Positions 39,231-52,584 of a stretch of DNA of 64,000 bases are shown here, in pieces (the first letter of the stretch is position 1; each line of letters starts with the position of its first letter). The notes under the pieces were generated by a model, which saw only the letters and a program-made list of their open reading frames with translations, did not search any database and had not been told where the DNA came from. Position numbers and translations under genes: made by a program. Source of the DNA: Macrostomum hystrix (Eukaryota > Animalia > Platyhelminthes); contig CATNEN010000001.1 in the NCBI GenBank assembly GCA_950097015.1, forward strand, positions 19,468,001 to 19,532,000, written 5' to 3'.

Positions 39231-39530
39231 TCAAAATGCAACAGAAAATTGTCTGTCTGTTGCATTTTGCAACGTGAGAAACGGATTGTCCTCCACCGCA
39301 GCTAGCAGAAAGTCATTCATAGGCTCGGTGAGCTTTCGATTCTTGGTTCCACCCCTGGGCAGTGCATGGCGTCTCCCTTCCAAATCAAAGCCATGGCAGA
39401 TGTTGTACACGGAAGTTCGCTTGATGTCCAGCATTCGAGAAATTTCGCTCACTGGCTCACCTCTTTGCCAGGCTTGAATAACGAGGTCTCTTTTTTCTCG
39501 AGTTATTTTAGCGTACGCAGGATTCTCCAT
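39231..39530 (-). mobile_element. Truncated Tc1/IS630-like transposase N-terminal HTH fragment
   Basis: EISRMLDIKRTSVYNI HTH, RGG-x-KLT linker, DNPFLTL; catalytic domain absent. Confidence 0.65.
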
Positions 39531-39985
39531 TCTGAGTCTCTTGATTACGAACAGTAAAATTGTGTCAACATGTTTGCGCAGCCAAATTTAAAAGCCTGTT
39601 TGTGTTTCTTGGATTTTGCCATAGACAAGTATTTCAATGTCTAAATTGAAAGCCCGCTTGTCTAATTTAAAAGCCTGTGTGTGTCTTTCAGAGTTGGCCA
39701 TAGACAGCAGTCGGCGGTTGGAGCAGCAGACAACTCAGTGTCCAATTTAAAAGCCCGCTGTCCCAACTAGACCGCAGAATTCTATAATTCTATGTATTTA
39801 TATTTAAGTGGCAGTCATTTAACGTCCTAGGCCGATAAAACATGTAGTCTATGGTCACAATTGCTGTAAACAGTTTTAGTAGTGCGATCTCGTGAGCCGG
39901 GCCAAGCTTTACGATTAAATACTATAATACCCCCTAAAATCGTTGTCTATGGCCTAGTGACGTCCTCAGCCGTCACTGCATTCAC

Positions 39986-42900
39986 TGTAGCTGACACAGT
40001 GTGTGTCACAGGCTTTTGCCGCCACCCCAGCTCAACTCGGCTGTTATAAAATATACTGAATCGCATTGAAATCGCTCGTGTTTTTTCGGCTATCGACTAC
40101 AAACAGTCACATTTCTCAGTTCCTACAGTGGCGTCGCAAGCAGGATTGTTGGCCTCGTCGTAGGATGCAGGTGTCGCCTCGAACCTCTTCTACCGTCCAC
40201 GGCAGGGTCTCGAATGGCAGCTGAGTTTTGATGCGTGCCTGCTGCTTTCGGAGAACCATTGTGCCGGGAACTACTCTGTGCTCCTTGGCGGTGTTGCGCT
40301 TGTCAAAGGCTCGCTTCATTTCGCGCGTGTACTGCCGACTCCAGTCCCTCACGGCTTGATGGTCGAATCCAGTCACAGTTGGCTGCCGACTAGCCGGGAT
40401 TCCGTCGTTGATCGCCCTGCCCATGAGTAGCTCGGCCGGGGTGCGTCCTGTGGCTCTGTGTGGCGTGGGGCGGAATGCCAGTAGCCAGTCGTCTAGAGCC
40501 TCTCTCCAGTTCCGGCCCTCAGAAATCACCGTCTTGATCACCTTGCCGATGCTGCGGTTGACGCGTTCGGTGGCTCCGTTGGACTCTGGGTGCAGCGGAC
40601 AGATAAGCCGGTGATGAACTCCATATTAGTTGAGGAAGTTGCGAAATTCAGCGGAGTTGAAGGGCGGTCCGTTGTCGGTAATGACCTCCGCGGGAATTCC
40701 GTGGCGACTGAAGAGCCGTCTCAGGTGCGGTGTCACGCTGTCGGCCGTGGTTGACTGCATTACGTCGACTTCAGGGTACTTGGAGTACAAGTCGGTGGTG
40801 ACGAGCAGCATGTGACCTTGCACCGGACCGTAGAAGTCCATGCCGAGCAGCTGCCAAGGCCCGTCGGGCATTTCCGTCGGCTTTAGAGGCGTCTGGTGCA
40901 CGTGCGTTGCCGCTGCCTGACAGTAGATGCAGCACTTGACAAAGACTTCGCAGTCGCTGTACATTTTGGGCCACCCAGACCTTGGTTTGCAGTCGCTTTA
41001 GAGTCCTGTCCGCCACGAGGTGTCCGGTGTGAGCCAGCTGCAGGATCGGCCTCCGCAGTGCCTCGGGGATGACGATGAGATCTCTGCGAAGCAGGACGCC
41101 GTCGTTCTCGGTTAGTTCGCTGCTGATGGACTTGAATGAGCGTTGCACCGGACTGAGAGTGTTCCAGTTGCCGGTTCTGATCGCGCCGAGTGCGGCCTGC
41201 ATTTCCGCATCAGTTCTTGCAGCCTCTCTGATCTTTTGGATTGTGAAGCCCTTTGGCACGGCACCAGTTGACACAGCGTTGACGTGGGCTTCATCGAGGA
41301 CCTCGCCGATGTTTGGCCTCGACTCTGGCAGCGGCTGGCGGCTGAGCAGATCGGCTGGATTTGCTGGTCCCGGCCTGTACAACAGATTAAAGCGGAGGTG
41401 CTGGATGCGGAGGGCCATTCGCTCGATCCGCGGCGGCGGGCGGGACCCCGGCTTGAACAGTGGAACGAGGGGCCGGTGGTCCGTCACAACGGTGAAGTTC
41501 GGGTCGCCTGCCAGGTAATGTTCGAATTTCAGGCAGGCGAACTTGATGGCCAGCGCCTCCCGCTCGATCTGCGCATACCACTGCTCCACCGGCGACAGAG
41601 CTCTGCTGGCATAGGCCACGGGACGGCTGCTGCCGTCTGGCTGCTTCTGGGTGAGAATGGCGCCGAGTCCGATCGGAGATGCGTCCACCAGGAGCTCCGT
41701 GTGCCGCTTGCGATCGACGAATGCTAGCGTGTCGGTGTTGGCAATTTCACTTTTGATGCTGTTGAATGCCTTGGTGTGGCTGGCGGTCCATTCCCACGGC
41801 TGGCCCTTTTTAGTCAGTTGGCGCAGCGGGGCTGACACGTCAGCATATCCAGAAATAAACTTCGCCAGAACGTTTGCTGTGCCAAGGAATGACCGTATTT
41901 CTGAGACATTGGCGGGCTGCCGGAAGTCCTGCATTGCTTGGATCTTCTCGGCAGCTGGTTGGATGCCCTTGGCTGACAGATGCATTCCGAGGAATTCGAC
42001 TGCTGGCTTGGCGAACTTGCACTTGTCTTTGTTCAACGTGATGCTAAACTCGCGGAGGCGTTGAAGACATACATTCAGTCTTTCATGATGTTGTTTGATA
42101 TCTGCGGCGTACACGATGACATCGTCGTGGACCCACTTGACGCCGTCGATGCCGCTGAGGATGCATAGCATAACCCGTTGAAGGATTTCTGAGGCGTTGG
42201 TAAATCCCATGCTCAGCCGCTTCAGTCGCATCAGTCCGAGCGGCGTGCTGAATGTGAACAGATCTCGGCTGTCTTCATGCACGGGGATCTGATAGAAAGC
42301 TTTCCGGATGTCCAGCTCGCTGAAAAGCTTGGCTCCAGACATCTCCCCGATGACTTCGTCCAGTGTCGGGATCTGCTGCTCTTCCGGAACAACGAAGGCG
42401 TTCAGGTCGCGAAGGTCTTGGCAGATCCTGACGCCGCCGTCCGCCTTGGGCACTACGACCATGCGTGCCACCCAGGCGCTGGGTCCCTTGACTGCTTCGA
42501 TGATATCCTGTCGCTCCAATGCCTTCAGCTCGTCCACCACGGTTGCTCTTAGATGCGCCGCTACCCGAGAAGGCGCGTGGCAGACTGGAACGGCGTCGCC
42601 TGACAGCTGCACTTTCACCTGGACGCCCTTGATGCATCGTATGCCTTCGAAGACTTCTCTGTGACGGTGCAGGATGTCTTGCAGCTGCGGTGACAGGCTC
42701 GCTGTGCTGTTTGAGTGCACGGCTTCCGTCCCGCTGGAATCGGGGCGCTGGATTTTGAGCACTCCGAGTCTGAATGCGGGCTCGCGACCGAGAATCGTCA
42801 GGCCGTCACCATCCATGATGTAGAACAGAATGACAGTGCTGGCTGATCCAACGTGGACTTGTAAGTCGGAGACACCAAGGATCTTCAGCGGTGAAGCGCA

Positions 42901-44137
42901 ACCGTAGGCTCGCACCTCGGATTTTGGAGCTCACAGATGCGGCCGGCTGAGCGTCTTGAAGGTGCATTTGCTCATAATGCTGCATCTAGCTCCGCTGTCA
43001 ATCATCATCGAGAGCTGCTGATCTCCCACTCGGACTTTCAGCGAGACGTCGGGCGGATAGATGCCTTCCCTGTGTAGTGTGAACACGTCTTGGCTGGAGG
43101 TGTCTCCAGGAGCTGTGGTGTGAATCTGCTGTTGGACTCTGTTGCTGCTTAACCGCGGCTGGCGGCAGGCCTTTGATAGGTGGTTTGGCTTGCCACAGTT
43201 GTGGCAGATTTTGTCCTTGACTGCGTCACAGGAAGCGTGGCCGCGCTCGCCGCAGCGGTAGCAGGTCTGTGACTGGCTCTGCCTGGCCTCGCTGTGTGGT
43301 CTGCGTTTGTCTGACGCTGTTTGGCTTCTATTGGCCACGCTGGCCACCTGCGACTCGGTTGTCTTCTCCATCTCAGCAGCCTGTTCTTCCGCAGCTTCGA
43401 ATGCTCTGGCCTTCCGCAGCGCGTCTTCCAGTGAGATGTTTGCTTCCTGGAGCAGCCGTCTGCGCAGCTTGTCGGAGGTGCATGTAGCAACAAGTTGGTC
43501 TCGGATGAGGGAGTCGCGTAAGTCGCCGAATTCACATGGTTCAGCAGCCGTCCGCAGCCTGCTGTACCAAGCTTCGATTTTCTCACCAGATTGTTGAACA
43601 CACAGACGGTACTGGTATCGAGCGTAAACGATGTTCTTTCTATCATCGAAGTGTTGCTTCAGCCCCTTGAAGATTGTCTGCAGTGTGTGCTCCTGCTCCT
43701 GGCCGTCGGCGTCAGACCTGGGCTTTGGTAGTTCCCGAATGATGTCCGAGAATTCCTTTCCGGTCGTGTAGCAGAGCAGCTTGCATTTTTGGTTTTCATT
43801 GGCAATTCCAGATGCCTCAATGAAGTCTGCGAATCGCGCTGCCCATTCGTTCCAACGTTGGCCTGCGTTGTGCGGGTCGTGAGTAATGAGAATTGGCTCG
43901 GGTGGAGGTAGAGAAACGTAGCTTGTGGCCATGCCCCGCGTTGGCTGCGATGGCTTGCGATGCCACTGTAGGAACTGAGAAATGCGACTGTTTGTAGTCG
44001 ATAGCCGAAATAACACAAGAGCGTTTTCAATGCCATTCAGTATATTTTATAACAGCCGAGTTGAGCTGGGGTGGCGGCTAAAGCCGCACCCCGTGCATCA
44101 GTTAACGTGCGTGCCAAGGGGCGCGGGTTGATTAACA
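39986..44137 (-). mobile_element. Gypsy (Mag-like) gag-pol, 3'-truncated, bounded by inverted LTR/PBS copies
   Basis: Gag ATG at 43932 with two CCHC knuckles, PR DSGA, RT VHDD, RH VDAS/TDHRPL, IN DFYGP/DNGPPF. In-frame stops at 42931 and 40626. 5' LTR about 43967-44137 with PBS TGGCATCGC. Confidence 0.9.
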
Positions 44138-44462
44138 TCACTTTTTCGCGTTTTTTTTCTTTTCGTGTAGTACACGTGACTTGTGGTTGCAGAAAAATAT
44201 TATTTCACCTTTAACATGTCTAGTTGCTCTGAAATTAGGCAATATTGTTTGCATTATTTTCGAAATTTTCTACTAAATTTTCCAACTTTTTTCACGTATG
44301 CGAAAATTTTTTGAGGAAGATTAATTCGCCATGTGCTACTATTAGTAGAAACGATAGGATACTGTTTCAGTCATATCCTATAGGTCATTCCTTCCGAAAG
44401 ACCTGCTCATGTAGACTGCAATTATATGACTCTGCATGACAACTTAGTGTAATAGCTAGCTA

Positions 44463-45231
44463 TAAGGGTGAGCCAAAAGTTTCCGGAATTTCATTGCATC
44501 AACATAGTCAACTTTCGCATTCAAAGTCAACAGATTAAAACGATGTAACATAGTTGCCATTCAAGACCTTGACTCTCTCCCATCTCATAGGCAGTGCCTC
44601 AATCCCCTCCATCCAGAAGCTCCTTGGCCTAGAGTCGATCCATTCCTGCACTGCTAACTCCACATGCTGCTTGTTCGCAAACCGCCGACCATCACAGAAG
44701 TTCTGGAGGGATCTGAACACATGGTAGTCACATGGCGAGAGGTCCGGCGAGTAAGGTGGGTGAGGCAAAACGCTGAAGCCGAGGCTCGCGAGTTTGGCTT
44801 GGGTGATTCTAGCCTTGTGTGGTCGGGCATTGTCAAACAGAAGAACTTTGTCCCGGTGCCCTGGGCACACGGATCGCAGCCGGTGGGCAACTTGCTCCAG
44901 TTCTTCGCAGATGACAGCAGCAGTGACAGCCACACCATGCGGGATGAGCTCCCAGAAGATGGGGCCCGATGAGCAGAACCAGAAGGACAAGAGCTCCTTC
45001 CCACAGTGGGGGTCTCGCCTGGAGCAGATTGGTGGCTCTTCATCAGCATTCACCCAGACCGCCGATGCGATAGGATTTTCATATGAGACCCACTTCTCAT
45101 CCTGCGCAATGATGGACTTTAGGAAATATGGCGAGTGGGCCTGGAGGAGGTTCGAAGTTGCCATCTCGACTCGTAAAATTTGTACGAAGATCTAGCTGAA
45201 AAAAAATCCGGAAACTTTTGGCTCACCCTTA
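44463..45231 (-). mobile_element. Internally deleted mariner (catalytic domain only)
   Basis: Perfect TIRs TAAGGGTGAGCCAAAAGTTTCCGGA with flanking TA; DEKW, DNARPH, YSPDLSPCDY; no HTH. Confidence 0.92.
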
Positions 45232-45433
45232 TAGTATATAAATTATCATGGTTGCTTCTAAATTTCTGTTTCCTCTACATTTATCATAGAGCATAGGGAC
45301 TCAAAATTCGTCGAGATCAATCTGGATTAAGGGAGGTCCCAAAATCGATTCCGTGCCTTCCCTAGATTCCCTAGATTCCCTAGATTCCCTAGATTAGTAG
45401 GGTGAGAGGGAGATCAGTAGGGTGTCCTAGATT

Positions 45434-46322
45434 CCTAGATTCTCATCCTAGATTCTCATCCTAGATTCTCATCCTAGATTCTCATCCTAGATTCTCATCC
45501 TAGATTCTCATCCTAGATTCTCGTTCTAGATTCTCATCCTATATTCTCATCCTAGATTCTCATCCAAGATTTTCATCTTCGATTCTCATCCTAGATTCTC
45601 ATCCTAGATTCTCATCCAAGATTTTCATCTTCGATTCTCATCCTAGATTCTCATCCTAGATTCTCATCCTAGATTATCATTCTAGATTCTCATCCTCGAT
45701 TCTCATCCTAGATTCTCATCCTATATTCTCATCCTATATTCTCATCCTATATTCTCATCCTATATTCTCATCCTAGATTCTCATCCTATATTCTCATCCT
45801 AGATTCTCATCCTAGATTCTCATCCTAGATTCTCATCCTATATTCTCATCCTATATTCTCATCCTATATTCTCATCCTAGATTCTCATCCTAGATTATCA
45901 TCCTAGATTCTCATCCTATATTCTCATTCTAGATTCTCATCCTAGATTCTCATCCTAGATTCTCATCCTATATTCTCATCCTAGATTCTCATCCTAGATT
46001 ATCATCCTAGATTCTCATCCTATATTCTCATTCTAGATTCTCATCCTATATTCTCATCCTATATTTTCATCCTCGATTCTCATCCTATATTCTCATCCTA
46101 GATTATCATTCTAGATTTTCATCCTCGATTCTCATCCTATATTCTCATCCTAGATTCTCATCCAAGATTTTCATCCTCGATTCTCATCCTATATCCTCAT
46201 CCTAGATTCTCATCCTATATTTTCATCCTCGATTCTCATCCTATATTCTCATCCTAGATTCTCATCCAAGATTTTCATCTTCGATTCTCATCCTAGATTC
46301 TCATCCTAGATTATCATCCTAG
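45434..46322. repeat. 13-bp satellite (CCTAGATTCTCAT), block 1
   Basis: Direct periodicity of 13. Confidence 0.95.
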
Positions 46323-48312
46323 CCTAGATTCTGCCAAATGTGCCTTATATAAAAACAAAACTCATCAAGCAGCTCACTCATAACTTATTTCTTATCTTTC
46401 AACTGTCTCGTCTCACCATGGGAAAGATGCGAAACATTGTAAAGACAGAAAGACAAAAACTTGTTTTCCGTTTAAAAATGTACTTTATTTCGGAAGCTAG
46501 GCCTTTTGACATTGATAGTTTCCAGTCTTTTTTCAATTCCTTCTCGTCGTGGCTCGGAGGCATGACGGCAATTTAGGGAATTGAATATTAGTCAGCTTCC
46601 TTTCTTGGTTTGATCGTCAGGGTCTTTTGTTAACCGAGAAGGAGGCCCTTCCCTGCCGCAGCAGCAAGCATAGCCTATGCTCTTGAGAACATTTAGGAAT
46701 TATGAAGTGGTGTTGATTACCCGAGACACAATTTTAATAATTTCCTTTGTTTATTAGGGCCAAGTGATATCACTTGTTTATTTAATTATGCTTGCTGCTG
46801 AAGAACCAAGTCGAAGCCACTATCCATGTAAAATATTGGTTTAAAAATAATGTAGAAAAGAACAGTGCAGGTACGTGCTAGATGTGCGGGCATGTGGAAA
46901 GAATTTTTTTGTGTTTTTTGTCTATTTTTCAGTTGTAATGACGCGGAAGGACATTTTATGCACATGACACAATTGTATGAACAGTATAAATTGTATGTCT
47001 CATATATACAGCTTATCCACGACAAATGACAGATCCTGTCAGTAAATTTTTTTGTGCTTCCAGTACGATTTTAAGATGCGTTGATGCCAAAAGAAATGGT
47101 ATATACATACACACAGTTCTATGAACTGGATAAATTTTGTATGTCCAGTAACATGTATGTCTATGAAAAATAAAATAAGATCCTGACTAGCTGACTTGGC
47201 AAATAACAGCTACATGGGCACTTGTCTTATCTGCTTCGAATTTTCATAGAATAGTGGATTTTAAGTTGCTACCTTGCCCCACCCCAGAGGCAAGTCAAGT
47301 CAAAGTTATGCTGTATGTATTTCAAGGGTAAACAAAGTGACCTATTTCTTATTGCACGCCAGACACAACGCCCTTCAGCTTATCTCCGTCTGTTGTGGTC
47401 CCTGGTCCGCTCGTCTGGGTTGCAAGCGAATTTGGGAAGCAAAAAATCGGCGGCCGTTTTGTCAACATAGGTGGGTGGATTCTGCCTAGGGCTCAAGTTC
47501 CCACACTATTTGCTCCTTATCTCTCCTCACGTAGATAAGGGCGCAAACCTGTCCTGAACTATTTGCAAAGTTTCCTGTTTGCTAAGTTGAATATCAAGCG
47601 ACATAACGCAACCGACAGTCGGGCTGTCGAAACCCAAATCCAAGTTTAGAGTTGTGAGAGTAGATAAGAAAATTTATGACGATGTTGCACTCGTAGAAGG
47701 GGATAAGCGAAGGCTAACTTTCCTGTCCCGTTAGCGGAATGACGTAAAAAAGTTGTCATTTTGGGCCGGTCTAAGAGCTTTCGGAAGCAGCCAACATTTT
47801 TGCCCTGGGCGGCCAGTTGCGATTTCGGATGTTAGGCGGTAAACTCCAATCGCAAGTGCAGGGAGTCGAAAGTATGAGGGACAAAATAAGTAGAAATACA
47901 AAGCAGCATAGAGGGATTTAGAAAAGAGAAAAGGCCCAGGCATGAACGAATGGGAGAAACCAGCAGAGAGAGAGGAGCCAGGAACGAGAGGTCGAGACCG
48001 GACCGGGGATGAAAAGGAGCAAGAAATATCATGCACATTTTATGTGAAATATTGTACGTGAAAGGATGGAAAATAAATATAATATCACGAGCGCGGAGCT
48101 ACAGCTCTCTCGCTTTTTTCCCCTCTGCAGCCCGCTTGACGGAGTCGATCTCAGGCATTAACCCAAAGTGTTTTACTCATTATCAATCATTTGATTTTTA
48201 AAGGTATCATAAGAGAACTAGAATCGTGTCAGTCCGAGTCGGTTTTTCATTCAATCTTATAAGGAGGCGATCTCTTCTTTGATCGGCGCAGAGGAGAGGT
48301 CGTACCGCAGAA

Positions 48313-49171
48313 TTAACACCTTATATTATAGAAAGGATAGTTGTAGACATTGTCGAATTCCTGAAGCACTCTGCCACTTATTATGCCGTCCGGTTTAACT
48401 TCATCAATATGAATGCATGTCGCCCCAACGAAGCAGCAATTGTCACCCTTCTTCGTGCTGAATTCTATAGTTGTTTCTGCTGGCTGGCTGAGGTACATAT
48501 TTCGTACTTGTAGTGCTTGACAAACTGAATGAGCAGCGACATGCCTGGTCCACTTTGACCCTTCTCTTGATGGCTCCCAGATAGCTTTCGAATGGAAATG
48601 TACTAAAATTATTTAAGTTACCTAGCCTTCTAACAAACTGGTCGAGATGAAGAAGTGCATGAATGTTGTAGCTAATTGATTTTTGGCCAAATAACTTTGA
48701 CATCTGTTCGACGAATACCTCGATGCAGCTTTTCGCTGAATCCCATAGATTAGCATACCTTTCCGTGGAATAGCAGTATACGGCGAAGTGCAGTAGAAGA
48801 AATTTTTTGTAAAACTGTTCCTTAACATATCCCTTAAAAATTATTGGTCCCAGGTAAAGAATAATTTGTCTGAACTCTGTCGCCTTAAAATAGTTAAGAC
48901 ACTTATCAAGTTCGCAGATTTTCGCAGATTTCGCAGATACGCTTCCCCACATCTATTCTGGCCAGCAGGTTGGGGAAAATGTCACTCTGCCTTCAGCACG
49001 CAAGCCCACGTCGAATTCTACCCTACCAAAATCTTCTTCCGTCTCCATGTCCACATCGCCTTGACTTGCCGACTGCCCTCCAACCTGGACACTGCCCTCA
49101 GCTTCTTCTCTAAACATGGCCAACAAACTCTTGTTTGTCAGTCTCCTAACAATCCTAGACCTAGAAGACAT
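48313..49171 (-). mobile_element. CACTA/EnSpm-like transposase remnant
   Basis: FKATEFRQIILYLGP, YNIHALLHL, FSTFPFES motifs; internal deletions; termini not identified. Confidence 0.7.
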
Positions 49172-49807
49172 GCTGTAAATGTTTACTACTGTCTGTACCG
49201 TCTTTACTCTCAGTATTAGTCTAAATCGCAGACTTAGTCTTAGTTTTAGTCGTACTCTTAGTCTTGCAACGCACTTTCAATAGCTACAATACAAAGATTC
49301 CCCCAAAACAAACTGACTCCACTGTCCATAGTCGGCGCGAATGGCACAATCGGTAGCTAGCGGATAGTGGGTTAGAGGATTTTCATAACTAACCAATGAG
49401 CGTGCGACGAGCCTTCCCACTGTCTAGGCCGAGCAGTTTGATCTGACATAAGTAAAGCTCTAGCTTATCTTTACGCTCCCCTAACCTCCTGTCATTCTCA
49501 AATTTCCTAAATTTTGAGGCATTTTCTGCAGACAGTTTTTAGTCGTATTCGAAGCCGACAGGCAGGTTATCGAAGCTAAGGAGAGCGATTTAGTTGCATG
49601 TGAGTTAAAAAATCTGACAGTACCTGAATTGTCACTGTTAAGAGACAATGAAGAGAGGTGGCGCTGCACGGCCGTGTCTACGCAGCTGAAGTCCTCCAGG
49701 TGAGATGGAATGCACATTTTTGCTTTACGATATATGCCGTATATCTATGTCAGGGAGAGGTGGAGTGAAAGGTGAAGTGAAAGGTGGAGTGAGAGGTAGA
49801 GTGAGAA

Positions 49808-51393
49808 ATTATCATTCTAGATTCTCATCCTAGATTGTTTTGCTAGATTCTCATCCTATATTCTCATCCTAGATTCTCATCCTATATTCTCATCCTAGAT
49901 TCTCTTCCTAGATTATCATTCTAGATTCTCATTCTAGATTCTCATCCTATATTCTCATCCTAGATTTTCATCCTAGATTCTCATCCTAGATTCTCATCCT
50001 ATATTCTCATCCTAGATTCTCATCCTATATTCTCATCCTAGATTCTCATCCTAGATTCTCATCCTAGATTCTCATCCTATATTCTTATCCTAGATTCTCA
50101 TCCTATATTCTCATCCTAGATGCTCATCCTAGATTCTCATCCTATATTCTTATCCTAGATTCTCATCCTATATTCTCATCCTAGATTCTCATCCTATATT
50201 CTCATCCTCGATTCCCATCCTAGATTCTCATCCTAGATTCTCATCCTAGATTCTCATCCTAGATTATCATTCTAGATTATCATTCTAGATTCTCATCCTA
50301 GATTATCATTCTAGATTCTCATTCTAGATTCTCATCCTAGATTATCATTCTAGATTCTCATCCTAGATTATCATTCTAGATTCTCATTCTAGATTCTCAT
50401 CCTAGATTCTCATCCTATATTCTCATCCTAGATTATCATCCTAGATTCTCATCCTAGATTATCATCCTAGATTCTCATCCTAGATTCTCATCCTAGATTC
50501 TCATCCTATATTCTCATCCTATATTCTCATCCTAGATTCTCATCCTAGATTATCATCCTAGATTATCATCCTAGATTCTCATCCTATATTCTCATCCTAG
50601 ATTCTCGTTCTAGATTATCATCCTAGATTCTTATCCTATATTCTCATCCTAGATGCTCATCCTAGATTCTCATCCTATATTCTCATCCAATATTCTCATC
50701 CTAGATTATCATCCTAGATTCTCATCCTATATTCTCATTCTAGATTCTCATCCTATATTCTCATCCTAGATTATCATTCTAGATTCTCATCCTTGATTCT
50801 CATCCTAGATTCTCATCCTATATTCTCATCCTATATTCTCATCCTAGATTCTCATCCTAGATTATCATTCTAGATTCTCATTCTAGATTCTCATCCTATA
50901 TTCTCATCCTAGATTCTCATCCTAGATTCTCATCCTATATTCTCATCCTAGATGCTCATCCTAGATTCTCATCCTATATTCTTATCCTAGATTCTCATCC
51001 TATATTCTCATCCTAGATTCTCATCCTATATTCTCATCCTCGATTCTCATCCTAGATTCTCATCCTAGATTCTCATCGTAGATTCTCATCCTAGATTATC
51101 ATTCTAGATTATCATTCTAGATTCTCATCCTAGATTATCATTCTAGATTATCATTCTAGATTCTCATCCTAGATTATCATTCTAGATTCTCATTCTAGAT
51201 TGTCATCCTAGATTATCATTCTAGATTCTCATCCTAGATTATCATTCTAGATTCTCATTCTAGATTCTCATCCTAGATTATCATTCTAGATTCTCATCCT
51301 AGATTATCATTCTAGATTCTCATGCTAGATTCTCATCCTAGATTATCATCCTATATTCTCATCCTATATTCTCATCCTAGATTCTCATCCTCA
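49808..51393. repeat. 13-bp satellite (CCTAGATTCTCAT), block 2
   Basis: Same unit and orientation as block 1. Confidence 0.95.
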
Positions 51394-51666
51394 TGAACCC
51401 TCATGTTATATTGTTGCTTTCTTTCCAATTTCTCCAGCAAACCAGTCAGCCGTTACGGGACGACATGGTCGACTGGCGCAGGTGACATCACGGACGACTG
51501 GCGGAGGTGGCACAACTAGGACGTCTGACTGGCGCGCAGGTGGCTTGACAGGGACGACTGGCAGAGCTGGCATGACAGGGACAAAATGTGGACTAATTTT
51601 CGTTCTTTGTATTTACTTAAAAACGTATACCGCACTGTCTTTGCATGATGACACTTTAAGTCTAAA

Positions 51667-52130
51667 GCTCTCTCTCTCTACCATCTCTCTATATCTCACC
51701 ATCTCTCTCCATCTCTCTAAATCTCTCCATCTCTCTCCATCTCTCTCCATCTCTCTCTAAATCTCTCTATCTCTCTCTATATCTCTTCATATCTCTCCAT
51801 CTCTCTCTATATCTCTCCATATCTCTCCATCCCTCTCTATATCTCACCATTTCTCTTCATATCTCTCCATCTCTCTCTATATCTCTTCATATCTCTCCAT
51901 CTCTCTCTATATCTCTTCATATCTCTCCATCTCTCTCTATATCTCTCCATATCTCTCCATCCCTCTCTATATCTCACCATTTCTCTTCATATCTCTCCAT
52001 CTCTCTCTATATCTCTCCATCTCTCTCTATATCTTTTCATATCTCTCCATTTTCTATAACTCTCCATCTCTCACCATGTCTCTCTATATCTCATCATCTC
52101 TCTCGATTTCTCTCTATATCTCTTTGAATC
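51667..52130. repeat. CT-rich low-complexity tract flanked by 63-bp direct repeats
   Basis: ATCTCTCTCCAT-type units; flanks 51604-51666 and 52131-52193. Confidence 0.85.
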
Positions 52131-52584
52131 TCTTTGTATTTACTTAAAAACGTATACCGTACTGTCATTGCTTGATGACACTCTGAGTCTAAAACATTGC
52201 AATATAAATAATGTCTGTACTTCCGTTACTCTTCTTTTAAATCATGGCTTTTCACTTTCTGAATGCGCTTTATAACATGTTTCATATGCATATTCACTTT
52301 GAAATCGATAATAAATTTGTACCTTTAGCTGCGTCAAAAGTATTTAATGAGACTAGAAGAGACATATTCGTAAACCATTTATAGCGGTGACGAATAGGAA
52401 ATTTACCTGAGCATGTTCAATTTTATTTATTTAAAGTGACTGCCGCTTTATATATACGGCATGCATACAACAAAATGAAACATACGTATGAAAAGTACAT
52501 GGTCAGGAGGGAGGGGGCAGCGTGGCGAGCGGAGCAGGAGCGGAGCTGCTGGGCAGGAGCGGACCTGCTGCTAGGCTTTTTACG

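Noticed and set aside
39986-44137. DIRS-type retroelement suggested by the inverted termini and the nearby tyrosine recombinase
   Set aside because: The element encodes a protease and DDE integrase and has a tRNA PBS; the YR gene is 8 kb away, on the other strand, and contains an intron
49334-49378. tRNA-like 5' half (TGGCACAATCGGTAGC)
   Set aside because: No T-arm/B-box and no acceptor stem complement
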